From assembly GCF_009914755.1 (NCBI RefSeq), contig NC_060932.1: a stretch of 64,000 bases of DNA; one strand, given 5' to 3'. Below the pieces are notes generated by a model that was not told the origin of the DNA, did not search any database, and saw only the letters and a list, made by a program, of their open reading frames with translations. Below, in pieces: positions 24,338 through 37,974 of the stretch. The DNA comes from the human T2T-CHM13v2.0 reference genome, Homo sapiens. Position 1 is the first letter of the stretch. Every line of letters begins with the position of its first letter. A program made the position numbers and the translations under genes.

Positions 24338-27300
24338 CTATTATTAATATTTTCTTAATTTTGGAAATAACGAATATAAAATTCCTGAAAGTTAGTAGGC
24401 GTTCACTGAAGAGCAACTATTATTATTGAAGAAAGTCAATAACACATTCTCCATCCTCCATCCCACCTTTTCTAGACTTCTAGCACTTGATTATTGATAG
24501 TCACATACTATTTTGTTTCTCTTTCATATATCTACATTTCACTCCTCTAACCAGATTATAAATGCCTCAAAATAGAAACCGCGTCATTGTCTTTGTTTAA
24601 AACCACCCTACATCACAGTGTCTACTCAATACTGATGAACAGAGTAAGTTCTCAAGAAACATTTGATAGAAATTAAATAGAATGTTGTCTGTTCAAATTG
24701 TATTATATCTTTTCTTAAAATTTTGTTTTGCATATATTCCATGTGTGATGTTGACAACAGTCCCATAATATATATTGTACCCTCTCCTAATTATTTTATA
24801 ATTATAATATATTTCACAATGATAGTTTTACAATTGTATTTTAACGTATACTGTATGTAATAATTATGCTCCAAAGATATGACCAACTAAATATCAACTA
24901 ATTTCTTTCTGAAAGTAAAAATGCCTCAGGTTTCAGGCCTACTGGTGATCAATCTTTACTTTTGGCCATGAGAGAAATGGAATTAAACAGAGCACTCTCT
25001 GTGGTTATTTCCAACTAGTAGTAGACAAAGGAGAATTATAGAAGTCAATAATTAAAGAGTTCTTTGTAAGGCTAGTAGGAAAAAAGTCATAGCATTTGTT
25101 GAATCTAGAAGTCTACAAAGGATTACTAACTAGATTTTCAGTCTGCCCACTTACTGAAGAATTTGATTATGTTGAAATGAATGTATTAAGTTAGATCTCA
25201 AGAATGTGATTGGAAACTCAGACTTGCTTTTTGAGGGATATTACTTAATCATTTCAGTACAAGGTAAGAGAAGTCTCAGTTTTCAATTTTAAATTTAGAA
25301 ATCACAGACTGCCAATCTAACCTTGATATACATTTGTACTCTAATATCCAGCAAAAGGGAATGTATGTTGTGCAAATTCTGGATTATTCTAGGAGGAGTA
25401 ATTATTATATAAGAGAGATTAGTAACTTATAGGTCTCCATTCCCTGCCAAATCCAACAATTATTCAATAAATGCCAGATGGTGGAAGTCTAAACATTTAG
25501 TCTTTAAAGAAACTGTATTCTTTTTAAACCATAATTGAGTGGAAGATAGATTAATGCATTTAAGGATACAGTAACTACTCGATAGAAATTACGTTCTTAA
25601 TAAAATCAACTGGTGTTCAGCAATGCAAGATTGTATAGGCAGTAACAGTCTCTACTGGGGCTAACCTAACAAGCAGGCTTAACTTAGCTGTCTAAATACA
25701 TGTGGAATGAAACTTAACAACTGTGCTTCTCCTTTCCAAACTTTTTTCTCCTAAAAAGTTTCTCCTGCATTTTCTGGTACCTAATGAAATGATTCTAGAA
25801 AAGTTTTGAGCTTCTGGCATACAATCATATTTCTTAGTGCCTTTCTTCTACCTTTCAAATCTAATACTTAGGTAATTATCCAACTGGCATATATTTAGCT
25901 CCCTGCTGTTCAAATAACAGAGACATATGAGTTATGCTATGGAGTTGCCTATCATTTTAGCCACTGAGTTACAACTTTTATATATAAATCAATAGTAGAC
26001 TAGTTGATGATTCTACAAACACTTGTTTGAAAATAAGTGTTGTTAAATTGCTAAAAAATATAGTATATTTTCATGTGAATTATCTATTTTAAGCTTTTAA
26101 AATTATAATGATAGCTAATAGTTATTACATCTCTGCTAGGAGCTAGGCAGTGTGTATTTTTCCTGGGATTATTTCATTTAATCCTGTAATAATCCTTGAA
26201 AGAGGTACTTGCATCTTTCCTACTCTGTAGATAGAGAAACTGAGACTTTAAGAAGCTAGGGTCAGGTCCCCTTTCAAAAAGTGAGAGTACTGAAATAAGA
26301 GACTGTATCCAACTTCTATAAGATCATCTGCCTTTCATTCCTGTGCTTCTTCCATTAGGACAGACTCTGATAATTATAGAATAAAGGCAGAGAAGGAAGT
26401 TTGGTTTGTACTAGAGACTATATGTCCTATCTGTTCATTGACAGGTTCAAAGATTTACCATTATTTGAATTACAACCTTGAGAGCAAAGTAATCAAAACT
26501 ACCCCCCAAGTGTGTCTATACCTTAAAATTCTAATTAATACCAACAAGTACAATAGCTATGAATTTTATTTTCTAATTTAATCAGTGCCTTCGTGGTTTC
26601 CCTTAAATTCAATAAATTGATTGAAAACAAGTTAAAAACAATCAGTTCAATAGTTGACAAGTGGTAAATGCACAATCTTAGTTTTGTGATGGCGTCAATA
26701 AAGGTTAGACATCAAATTACAAACAGAAAATGGTTTAGTTCCTCTGTACTCTTTCACCAGTATTCTTGTGCAGTGTAAAGCTCTCTAGATATTTATATAA
26801 ATTCGGGTACAGCTTTACTTCAAATTATAAATTTAGTTAAAACATGTTAGAAAAAAAAATCAGAGAATAAAATTTGGCACTGAGTGGAAAATGGAGCCAG
26901 AGGTACATTTTAATTCCCATTCACAGATCAAAATGACTCAACTGCTAAGAAATATTTTAATCTTATTTTCCTGCTAACATTTGACCCCAAGTGACTTGCC
27001 TTTTGTGCTATACCAGGCAAAAATGTCTAACAATGAAAAATGAGCATTTGTAGTTGCTCATTTCAAGTATTCCCTTGAAAGAGATTATGAAAAGTGAAAG
27101 TGGGAGGTTTTGTGTCTCTTCCTCTTTTTTTTTTTTTGCAAAGATGTATCTTTTATAATTTTCAGTGAGTTACAAAAACGTTACAAAAGTAAAAAAGGGC
27201 CGCTTCTTGGATTAGTTCTCTAAAGTATTATTTATTTTGAGCCACACTATCTTGCATTTTAAGGTACTCAAATATGAGATCTTTTGACATACCACCTTGT

Positions 27301-28379
27301 ACTGTCTCCTGTATAATTTGCACAAATATGTATGTCATTGCTTTTGGAATAAAAGCCAAAGGCTTTTTTTCTCTTTTAATCAATCCCCTGAAATGTGCCT
27401 TGGAAAAAAAAAGTCCCTAAATAAAGGCTGAGGAATCTAAACTATTACAAGTGCAAACAATTATGAATAAATTTGTTGTACTCAAAGAAAAAGCTGCTGA
27501 CATCATCTAACTTGCAAAAGAAAAGTCAGCCCACGTAACATTCCTGAAATTATAATATTGGCTTCATTTAGCACTTAGTAAGCATTCAACCCCGGAATAA
27601 ATAAATTGAGCTCCTAAGAGTCCCAATAATTTCATAAGGCAGAAGTCCAGTCAAAGGTTTGTAATGTAGACATTAGACTGTTATAGGTGGTTAGGTGGTA
27701 GATGTTTATTTGAAAAACTTCAAGAAATCCTGATGTATACTGGGGCTTGTGAAAGGCCTTTGCTTTAAGTAAGTCTTTCCATTCATGAAAATGTTTTTGC
27801 TCTGAGGGCTCTACTCAGAAATGGAAAATTTCTTAATGGATAAATGATTTGCAGACTTAGCTGAATCTATCCAATGCTGTCATAATGGGACCTATTTAAT
27901 AAATGTCCCAAGACAAAATGGCATTGTAAGATTTCATTGGGCTATCTGCATTTTAAACGTTAGATCAAAGATCAGTTTACTGGAAAATAAACCACAAGAA
28001 AATGGGGCATGCCATTTAAATCTCAAACAGAACTAAGCCTTCAACATGTGATTACGTTATTTAAACTTTTTCTTCCCCGGTCCTATTCCACAGAATGGAC
28101 TTTGCTATGATCATACCCCATAGCGGCAATCTGAAGATGTAAAGATATATGCAAAGTGCTTAGGATAGTGCCTGGCATTCATTTCTGCAAATGTTTGTTG
28201 CTATTGTTGTTGTTATTTACTAAGATTTTTCTGAATCAAAACATTTCATAGATATTATTATTGTGGAAACAAACTACTATTATATTTCTGTCCTCAATAC
28301 TGTCACTGTCATTTTGATTCTACTTTTTTGGCCTTTGTATTATATGTACACCTTCTCCTTAAACAAATCAATTATGAGA

Positions 28380-28610
28380 AAGCTAATATTTATTATTTAT
28401 AGCAACTATGTTCCAGGTACTGTTCTAAATATTTCCTCTATACTAACTCATTTAATCCTCACAACCACATGAATAGGTACTATTATTATGCTCACTTTAC
28501 AGATGAGAAAACTAAGATGCCAAGACATTAAATAATTTGTTCAAAGTAACTCAGTCTGTCAGTGGAAGAGTTGGAGATGACACCCAGGCAGTCTAGCTCC
28601 ATACTCTCAG
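28380..28610 (-). mobile_element. MIR relic
   Basis: ctcatttaatcctcacaacc...actttacagatgagaaaactaag core. Confidence 0.75.
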
Positions 28611-28704
28611 AATCCGTATGATCTTTGAAATATTTATTGTTAGTGTTGTTGTAATTGTTTATAAAAATAAGCTATAATGTATTTTTCCAAATGTTTTAAT
28701 TTTA

Positions 28705-28757
28705 TTAGGTGGTGCAAAAGCAATTGCAGTTTTGACATTACTTTTGCACCAACCTAA
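28705..28757. mobile_element. MADE1 (Hsmar1 MITE), internally deleted
   Basis: TA|ttaggtggtgcaaaagcaattgcagttttgacattacttttgcaccaacctaa|TA. Confidence 0.9.
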
Positions 28758-30197
28758 TAAAAACTTAATTTTTTATTGGACATAATTTTTGTTTGTTTGT
28801 TTGCCCTGGACAGTCTCAGTTATCATACTCTTGGATGGTGGAGGGGAACCTTAAACCACCTGGAAAAAAAAAGCAGTGAGCCATGCACATATTTCTGCAA
28901 ACAGCTCAATAAGGTGTATATGGGATCATGAAAATAAGATGCTTTGACTTATGGATTTGCTTTCAAAATTCAGGGGTTACTTTATTGATCAGTTGGAATG
29001 AATGTTTGCAATAAGGCATAATTACTTGAGTATAATGACAGAAAGCCCGATTTCATTCTGCTTACTGTCAGAACAAGTTATTTTGTGATAGTGCATGCAT
29101 TTTTAATAACATGTTTCAATAGTACTATCTACTTGGGCATTACCATTTTTCTAGAAGATGTTTGGCGAAGGATGGATAGTACTATTTGGGAGAAAATAAG
29201 GAAGGCACCAAGAGTTTCCAGTCTTTGCTGAAAACACCACTTGCTGAAAGCAAGATTACAGATTTAAAATGAAAACAATTTCATCCTTCTCCCAGATCAG
29301 TAATAGAGCACACTCTTAATATTTGAAAATAATGTAGGAAGAAATATAGTAAAAATGATTGGGTCATTAAGCTAGTGTTAGCCCTTAATGATGTTGTAAT
29401 TATGTTTCTGTATATTTCAACATGTACATTGACTTATCACCAACATACATGAGTGGAGCAAGCCTGTCTAAATATTTATGGCATGATCAATGGCTTAAAT
29501 AAGAATACACATAGCTTACATTCTCACAATACTGAATGTGAAGCTGTCATGACATTTGCCACATTGTGTACCATATTTATGTGCTCCCCTCTCACTCCCT
29601 GTAAGTTCTTCTAGGTCAGGACTATGATTTTTTAAAAAATGTTTGTATCCTAAAAGTCTACATAGTATCTGGCTTATATTATGCACTGAAGAAAAAGTTA
29701 CTGAGTGTATGTACAAAGGAATGAAGTGATAATTAATTCAATAAGCCTTCCTGAGTGCTTTTTATATGCCACATATTATGATAGGTGACCTAAAGATGAG
29801 TTTGGTAATGTAAATAATTGTGTAGTGGGAGGTGTGCTATAGAGGAGGCATATGGAGTGTTGTGTGACTACAGAGTCATTTGGGAGCAGCTGTGATGGGC
29901 TTTGTAAGGAAGAGTTTAACAGAGGAGCTAAGCTTACTCTTTAAGTAGAAATGAGAGGGGAAGTTTTGATAAATAAGAGGGTTTAGATGGTGGATGAATA
30001 ATTGTAGACAAAATCTTAGATCACTATGTGTTTGAGGAAAAAAATTAGTTTGACATTGTTGGAGTTACTTTTTAATTTACTTACTGTAATGTATTATTAA
30101 TGTATTGGTATTCTGTTATATAATACATAACATAAAATCATTATAAAGATAATTTATATATATTTTATTGAATGACAATTTTCTTTTTAAATCATAG

Positions 30198-30275
30198 TTC
30201 CAGTTACAGATGTTTGATATTGTTTGCTCCACATCATGGGCCAATACAGACAAATGCTGTGAACTTCCAGGCCTG
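30198..30275 (+). CDS. COL14A1: COL14A1 exon J (78 nt), end of TSPN
   Basis: aatcatag|TTC CAG TTA...GGC CTG|gtaaga; [26 protein letters not shown]; phase 0->0. Confidence 0.95.
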
Positions 30276-30502
30276 GTAAGAATTCTTCCTTCATTTCTAT
30301 TGATTTTTTTAATTGTATTTAATTTTCTGGAAATGAGAAGCTATTTCTCAACATTCATATCATAGGCAACTCGTTGAGATGATAAAATTAGAAAGAGATT
30401 AATAAAGAGGCATGTCTGAAATTAACAAGATTTCTCCTGTATAACCTAGGATCACATACAGCGTGAACTGCCCAACTCAGAGGGTGCTATTTACACATAG
30501 TC

Positions 30503-31070
30503 CAGATGTTCCCAGATTCCATGGCTCATGAAGCCCTTAGTGTCTCAAGTTTTTTCTTGCACCCCTAAGCCAAAAGAAACACCTTGCAGTTCCATTTATG
30601 AAATAATAGGTCCAAACATCTTACTAAATATTTATGTCCTAACAACTCAGTAGCCATATAAAATAACAATGCACATACATTGAAAGAAAAAAGTGATATT
30701 TATATTTTATTCTTAAATGACCAAAATTGCTTATTGTTGGGATGTGTGTGCTACCTGAGCCCTGCAGCATTTCTCATATCTTGGGATCACATTGGCCACT
30801 GCCATCCTCACTTCTTTTTCTACATTGCTTTTTTCATAGTACTTTCCTTTCATCATAGCAGCTATATTTGTAAATTAGGGCATCATCCAAAAAAAGTGTT
30901 GCAAAATCTAATGTTGAAACTGCAGACTACCTTGAGCCTGTCATTCACACGAAGTCCAGTGGGTGCTGAATATTGCTGTACTTCTCTTAAATTTTTAAAA
31001 CATTCACAGGACCCCTGTGAGCTCAATATAGTGCTCCCAGGCATCTTGGTGTACAATTTTAGAACTGTAG
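30503..31070. mobile_element. Probable hAT-Charlie-type DNA transposon relic
   Basis: Degenerate ends (cagatgttcccagatt... / ...acaattttagaactg) resembling MER/Charlie termini; family not certain. Confidence 0.4.
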
Positions 31071-31277
31071 TCATAATCTACATAACCTATATGTGATGCT
31101 ACTAGAAAACTAAACATTTAAAAGTTATTTATACCAAGTGATGGTGTAAATATTTATGTCCTAACAACTCAGTAGCCCATATAAAATATAATACACATAA
31201 ATTGGAAGAAAAAATGATATTTATATTTTATTCCTATATAAGCATAATTTCTTACTGATGGGATGTGTGTATACCCA

Positions 31278-31284
<7 letters not shown>

Positions 31285-31336
<52 letters not shown>
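31285..31336. repeat. (TA)26 microsatellite
   Basis: Uninterrupted TA run. Confidence 0.95.
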
Positions 31337-31338
<2 letters not shown>

Positions 31339-31493
31339 AAAATACAGATTTATATCTTAGGATCCTAGGACAAGTAAGCTGGCACGGACAACCATGTCAT
31401 GGTTGGGCAGTAGTCATGTCTTAATAATTAAAGCTGGGATTCTCCAGAGCATGGGGAACCCTTCATGAAGTCTGTGAGATTTGACCTTATAAC

Positions 31494-31911
31494 CGTATTA
31501 GTTTGTTCTCATGCTGCTAATAAAGACATACCCCAGACTGGGTAATTTATAAAGGAAGGTTTAGTTGACTCACAGTTTTGTACGGCTGTGGAGGCCTCAG
31601 GAAACTTACAAACATGGTGGAAGGGGAAGCAAACACTTCCTTCTTCAGAAGGTGGCAGCAAGGAGAAGTGCAGAGCGAAGGTGGGGGAAAACCCCTCATA
31701 AATCCATCAGATCTCATAAGAATGTGCTCACTATCACAAGAACAGCATGGAGGTAACCGCCCCTATGATTCATACCTGGCTTACATTATGCACTGAAGAA
31801 AAAGTTACTGAGTTGAAAAAGTTACTCCACTGGGTCCTGCCTGTGACACGTGAGGATTATGGGAACTATATCAAGATGAGATTTGGGTGGGGACACAGCC
31901 AAACTGTATCA
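31494..31911 (-). mobile_element. THE1D/MSTA-like solo LTR carrying an internal insertion
   Basis: gtattagtttgttctcatgctgctaataaagacatacc...ggggacacagccaaactgtatca. Confidence 0.88.
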
Positions 31912-33428
31912 GTAAGACTTACCGTATCAAAAAGCCAAACCATATAAATAAGACTTAACACCTCACAACATCTATTGCAAGCACCAAATTCATGGCAGTC
32001 TGTATTTGAGAAGGAAGCAACTTGTTATTTCTTCACCAAAATAAGTTTCTAGTAAACTCTGGAAGAAATTAAATTAGAGACACCTTGATGTTATGCTAAA
32101 GGGAAGGTAGATGGGAAACTGGCAGGAGAAACACTCGGAATCCTCTGTTGTATCAAGCAAAGATGTGATCACCACTTTTTCTAGGAAGGATCTTTCTCGT
32201 TCCTTTTCTTTTTACTTGTCTCATTTAAGAGGCGTAAATTCCATAGTAAAAAGACACCGTGCAGTAACAGTCAGCAGCACTGGCAAAACTATCACTGAGT
32301 CTCTGGCTACAGGTGGCCTGTTGTTAGCCTTATTTTGGGATCTTTCAGAATACTTAACTTTATGTTTCACTCTAGCTGGCCAGATTTCAGGCCAGATGTG
32401 TTTATAGGGGGTTTGAACTGAAATATTTTACTGTTGTCCAACATTTAGAGAAAAGTATATACACCATGTAACAGTCCATTTGCTTAACCTTTCTTGGGTT
32501 TCTGTTGTGAATATTGTAGAGACTCAGATTATTTTCAATTTGGCAATTTAACTGTCATCTGTGCTCTATTTGGCTCTAATTTTATTTTCCCCCAAAGTCT
32601 TAAATAATGACTAGGTTTTTCTCTATCCAAAGGGACTGATGAACTCTGTGAAGTTCTATAGTATTTTATCCCAGTGCTGAGCTCATTTTGGCTGCTGCTC
32701 TAAATGGGATATTTACAAATTGTTCAATAGCTGTTAGCAGGTGCTCTGTCTTCCTCTGCATTCCAGTAACTCATTCAGATATATTCAGCCTTCTATTAAT
32801 AATCTATTTTGTAATGTCACATGACAACAATATTCCCTAAGAGAGAAGAAAAATGTTCTCCTATTCCAGAGCCTCAGATCTACACTGTGATGTTTTTCTT
32901 ACTTTCAACCACAGAATGTGAGCAGTTGTGGAAATTGTCATAGGGAATTGATGAAGAGTTTAAACATTGATTTTATTTTGTTTTTCTTTGTTTGTTTTAG
33001 TACAGATATAGTTGTTTTGATTGAGTACTCCAAGTTTTCCTTTATCCTTTGAAACAGAAAAATTATTGTAGCATAAAAAAGTTTTCAAGACCTTTAGTTC
33101 ACAGAGTACTATCACTCCAACCAACAGAATTAAATAGTAATCAAGATTTTTTTTTTGTTGCACTCACTTCTGATTGTCTTTCCTCACCTGGATTCCCAAG
33201 CTGGTTTTAGCAACACCCATTGATAATAGTGATTATCAGTGACTAGGAGGTACCCATTCATTTTTCTTTACAGAAAAGATTTTGTAATCAGGAGTGAATA
33301 TTCTCTGCCTTTCTAATGTGCACTTGAAAATCTAAAAATATCTTAAATCAAACTGTTTTCTTTGAGCCAGTAAAGCCATTTGTATAAACTGGCATGCTAA
33401 TGGTTGTGCTTTTTTTGTTTCTTTTCAG

Positions 33429-33515
33429 AGAGATGATGAGTCTTGCCCAGACCTTCCCCATTCCTGCTCCTGTTCTGAAACCAATGAAGTGGCTCTGGGA
33501 CCAGCGGGCCCACCA
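33429..33515 (+). CDS. COL14A1: COL14A1 exon K (87 nt), Cys-rich linker into COL2 helix
   Basis: cttttcag|AGA GAT...CCA CCA|gtaagt; [29 protein letters not shown]. Confidence 0.96.
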
Positions 33516-33559
33516 GTAAGTCTTGCTGAGTTCAGCCTTAAATTTTCTTTAATAATATT

Positions 33560-33750
33560 AATAGCTATCACTTGTGTGTCTAATATGTGTTGTCTACTGT
33601 ACTAAATGGCTATTACTCACTTAATTGTAGGAATGCAGTGAGACACAGAGATGTTAAGTAACTTGATTAAAGAACACAGCTTGGAGGAGCTGGGCTGGGC
33701 TTCAAATCCAAGTCTCCATGACTCCTAGAGATGATGCTTCTCACCACTGT
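33560..33750 (-). mobile_element. MIR relic
   Basis: gagacacagagatgttaagtaacttg...ttcaaatccaagtctcc. Confidence 0.6.
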
Positions 33751-33890
33751 GTCATACGATGTCTCATACTGGTCTATATTCAAAATCTTCCCTTACAGCT
33801 ACTGTGGTTAATTTTCGGTGTGAATATTTCAAACCAGGACCTTTACTTGTACCTGTAAGATTTGCATACATCTGCTTTGTCCACTTTCTC

Positions 33891-36800
33891 TCTTTTTTTA
33901 AACTTTTACTTTAGGTTCAGGGGTACATGCGAAGGTTTGTTACATAGATAGGTGAACTCATGTCACAAGGATTTGTTGTACAGATTATTTCATCACCCAA
34001 GTACCAAGTCTAGTACTCAATAGCTATTTTTCTGCTCCTTTCTCTCCTTCCATCCTCCACCCTCAGGTAGGCCCCCGTGTCTGTTGTTCCCTTCCTTGTG
34101 TCCATGAGTTCTCATCATTTAGCTCCCACTTATAAGTGAAATCATGTGGTATTTGGTTTTCTGTTTCTGTGTTAGTTTCCTAAGGATAATGGCCTCCTGC
34201 TCCATCCATGTTCCCACAAAAGACATGATCTTGATCTTTTTTATAGCTGCATGGTATTCCATGATGTATATGTACCACATTTTCTTTATCCAATCTGTCA
34301 CTGATGGGCATTTAGGTTGATTCCATGTGTTTGCTATTGTGAATAGTGCTACAGTGAACATTCGTGTGTATATGTCTTTATGATAGAAGGGTTTATATTC
34401 CTTTGGGTATATACGCAGTAATAGGATTGCTGGGTTGAATGGTTGTTCTGTTTGTAGCTCTTTGAGGAATCACCACACTGCTTTTCACAATGGTTGAACT
34501 AATTTACACTCCCACCAACAGTGTATAAGTGTTCCCTTTTCTCTGTAACCTTGCCAGCATCAGTTATTTCTTTATGTTTTAATAATAGGCATTCTGACTG
34601 CTGTGAGATGGTATTTCATTGTGGTTTTGATTTTCATTTCTCTCATGATCAGTGATACTGAGCTTTTTTTCATATGCTTTTTGGCCACTTGTATGTCTTC
34701 TTTTGAAAAGTGTCTGTTTATGTCCTTCTTTTGAAAAGTGTCTGTTTATGTCCTTTGCTCTCTTTTTAATGGGGTCATTTGGGTTTTTTTCTTGTAAATT
34801 TGTTTAAGTTCCTAATAGAGGCTGGATGTTAGACCTTTGTCAGATGCATAGTTTGCAAAAATTTTCTTCCATTCTGTAGGTTGTCTGTTTACTCTGTTGA
34901 TAGTTACTTTTGCTGTGCAGAAGCACCTTAGTATAATTAGAGCCCATTTGTAAATTTTTGCTTTTGTTGTGATTGCTTTTGATGTCTTCTTTGTCATGAA
35001 ATCTTTGCTAGTGCCTATGTCCTGAATGGTATTGCCTAGGTTGTCTTCCAGGGTTTTTATAGTTGTGGATTTTACATTTAAGTCTTTAGTCCATCTTGAG
35101 TTAGTCTTTGTATATGGTGTAAGGGAGGGGTCCAGTTTCAATCTTCTGCATATGGCTAGCCAGTTATCCCAGTACCATTATTGAATAGGGAATCCTTTCT
35201 CCATTGCTTGTTTTTGTCAGCTCTGCTGAAGATCAGATGGTCATAGGTATGTTGTCTTTTTTCTGGGTTCTGTATTCTATTCCCCTGGTCTATGTGTCTG
35301 TTTTTGTACCAGTACCATACCGTTTTGATTAACATAGCCCTATAGTATAGTTTGAAGTTGCATAACATGATGCTCCAGCTTTGTTCTTTTTGCTTAGGAT
35401 TGCCTTGACTATCCAGGCTCTTTTGTGGTTCCACATGAATTTTAAAATAGTTTTTTTCTAGTTCTGTAAAGAATGTTATTGGTAGTTTGATAGGAGCAGC
35501 AGTAACACTGTAAATTGCTTTGGGGAGGATGGCCACTTTAACAGTATTGATACTTCCTATCCAAGAGCATGAAATGTTTTTCCATTTGTTTATGTCATCT
35601 CTGATTTCTTTGAGCAGTGTTATAATTCTCATTGTAGAGATCTTTCAGCTTCCTAGTTAGCTGTATTCCTAGGTATTTTATGCTTTTTGTGGCAATTGTG
35701 GATGGGATTGCATTCTTGGTTTGGCTCTTAGCTTGGCTGCTGTTGGTGTATAGGGATGTTAGTGATCTTTGTGCATTGATTTTATATCCTGAAACTTTGC
35801 CAAAGTTGTTTATTAGCTGAAGGAGCTTTTGGGCTAAGACGATGGGGTTTTCTACATATAGAATCATGTCATCTGCAAACAGGGATAGTTTGACTCCTTG
35901 TCTTCCTATTTGGATGCCTTTATTTCTTTCTCTTGCCTGATTGCACTGGCCAGGACTTCCAATACTATGTTAAATAGGAGTGGTGAGAGAGAACATCCTT
36001 GTCTTGTGCTGGTTTTCAATAGGAAATGCTTCCAGCTTTTGCCCATTCAGTATGATGTTGGCTGCAGGTTTGTCATATATGGCTCTTATTATTTTAAGGT
36101 ATGTTCCTTCAATACCTATTTTATTGAGAGTTTTTAACATGAAGGATGTTGAATTTTATCAAAAGCCTTCTTTGCATCTATTGAGATAATTACGTGGTTT
36201 TTGTCTTTGGTTCTGTTTGTGATGAATCACATTTATTGATTTGCATATGTTGAGCCAACCTAGCATCCCAGGGATGAAGCCTACTTGACTGTGGTGGATT
36301 AGCTTTTTGACGTGCTGCTGGATTCAGTTTGCAAGTATTTTGTTGAAGAATTTTGAATTGATGTTCATCAAGGATATTAGCTGGAACTTTTCTTTTCTGT
36401 TGTTGTGTCTCTTCCAGGTTTTGCTATCAGGATGATGCTGACCTCATAGACTGAGTTGAGGAAGAGTTATTCCTCCTCAACTTTTTGGAATAGTTTCAAA
36501 AGGAATGTTACCAGCTCTTCTTTGTACATCTTGTAGAATTTGACTGTGAATCCATCTGGCCCTGGGCTTTTTTTTTGGTTGCTAGACTATTTATTATGGA
36601 TTCAATTTTAGACCTTGTTATTGGTCTGTTCAGGGAATCAATTTCTTTCTGGTTTAGTCTTGGGAGGGTGTATGTGTCCAGGAATTTATCCATCTCTTCT
36701 AGGTTTTCTAGTATGTGTGCATAGAGGTATTTGTAGTAGTTTCTAATGGTTACTTTTATTTCTGTGGGGTCAGTGTAACATCCCCTTTGTCATTTGTAAT

Positions 36801-37172
36801 TGTATTTATTTGGATCTTCTTTCTTTTCTGCTTTATTAGTCTAGCTGGTGGCTTATCTATCTTATTAATTTTTTCAAAAAACTAACTAACTACTGGATTT
36901 GTTGTCTTTTGAATATTTTTTCATGTCTTGATTTCCTTCAGTTCAGCCCTGATCTTGGTTATTTCTTGTCTTCTGCTAGTTTTGGGGTTGGTTTGCTCTT
37001 GCTTCTCTCATTCTCTCAGTTGTGATAGTAGGTTGTTAATTTGAGATCCTTCTAACTTTTTGATGTGCGTGTTTAGTGCTATGAATTTCTCTCTTAACAC
37101 TGCCTTAGCTGTATCCCAGAGATTCTGGTATGTTGTACCTTTGTTCTCATTAGTTTCAAAGAACTTCTTGAC
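33891..37172 (-). mobile_element. ~3.3-kb 5'-truncated L1 (L1PA13-like), antisense
   Basis: Poly-T then antisense 3'UTR; minus-strand ORF2 fragments 34119, 34812, 35156, 35595, 36508; contains a 28-bp tandem duplication at 34697-34752. Confidence 0.93.
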
Positions 37173-37588
37173 CCTGCTTAATTTTAATTTTTTATATATC
37201 CTGAGATTATGTTAAAATGTTCAAAATATTAGAACTGTTGTCTTCCTATTGGCTTGTTATGTGAATCATTGTGAATGAAACCATTTAACTTCAGTAATGC
37301 TTTTTACTTCAAGTCTGATTTGTCTAATATTAATATAGTTTCAATATTGTCTTTTGGACTCTTTGTCTAATTTTTTAATTTTCTAATTTGTCTAACTTGC
37401 ATGTTCTCATTCCAGCCAGTTGGAAAGGGAGAAAATGGTTGAGGACAGCATTTGGTTTTCATTTAAGAATAACACCCAGGGTATATGCAGCACCCTTTCT
37501 CTCATATTCCATTAGCCAGCACTTAGTCATACCTGCTTACGTAGGATTCCAAGAAATCAAGTCCCTAGTTGGATGGTTATATGTTTAG

Positions 37589-37974
<386 letters not shown>

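Noticed and set aside
30680-31096. 138-aa ORF
   Set aside because: Starts at a non-ATG codon in a degenerate repeat relic inside a COL14A1 intron; no domain signature or splice support
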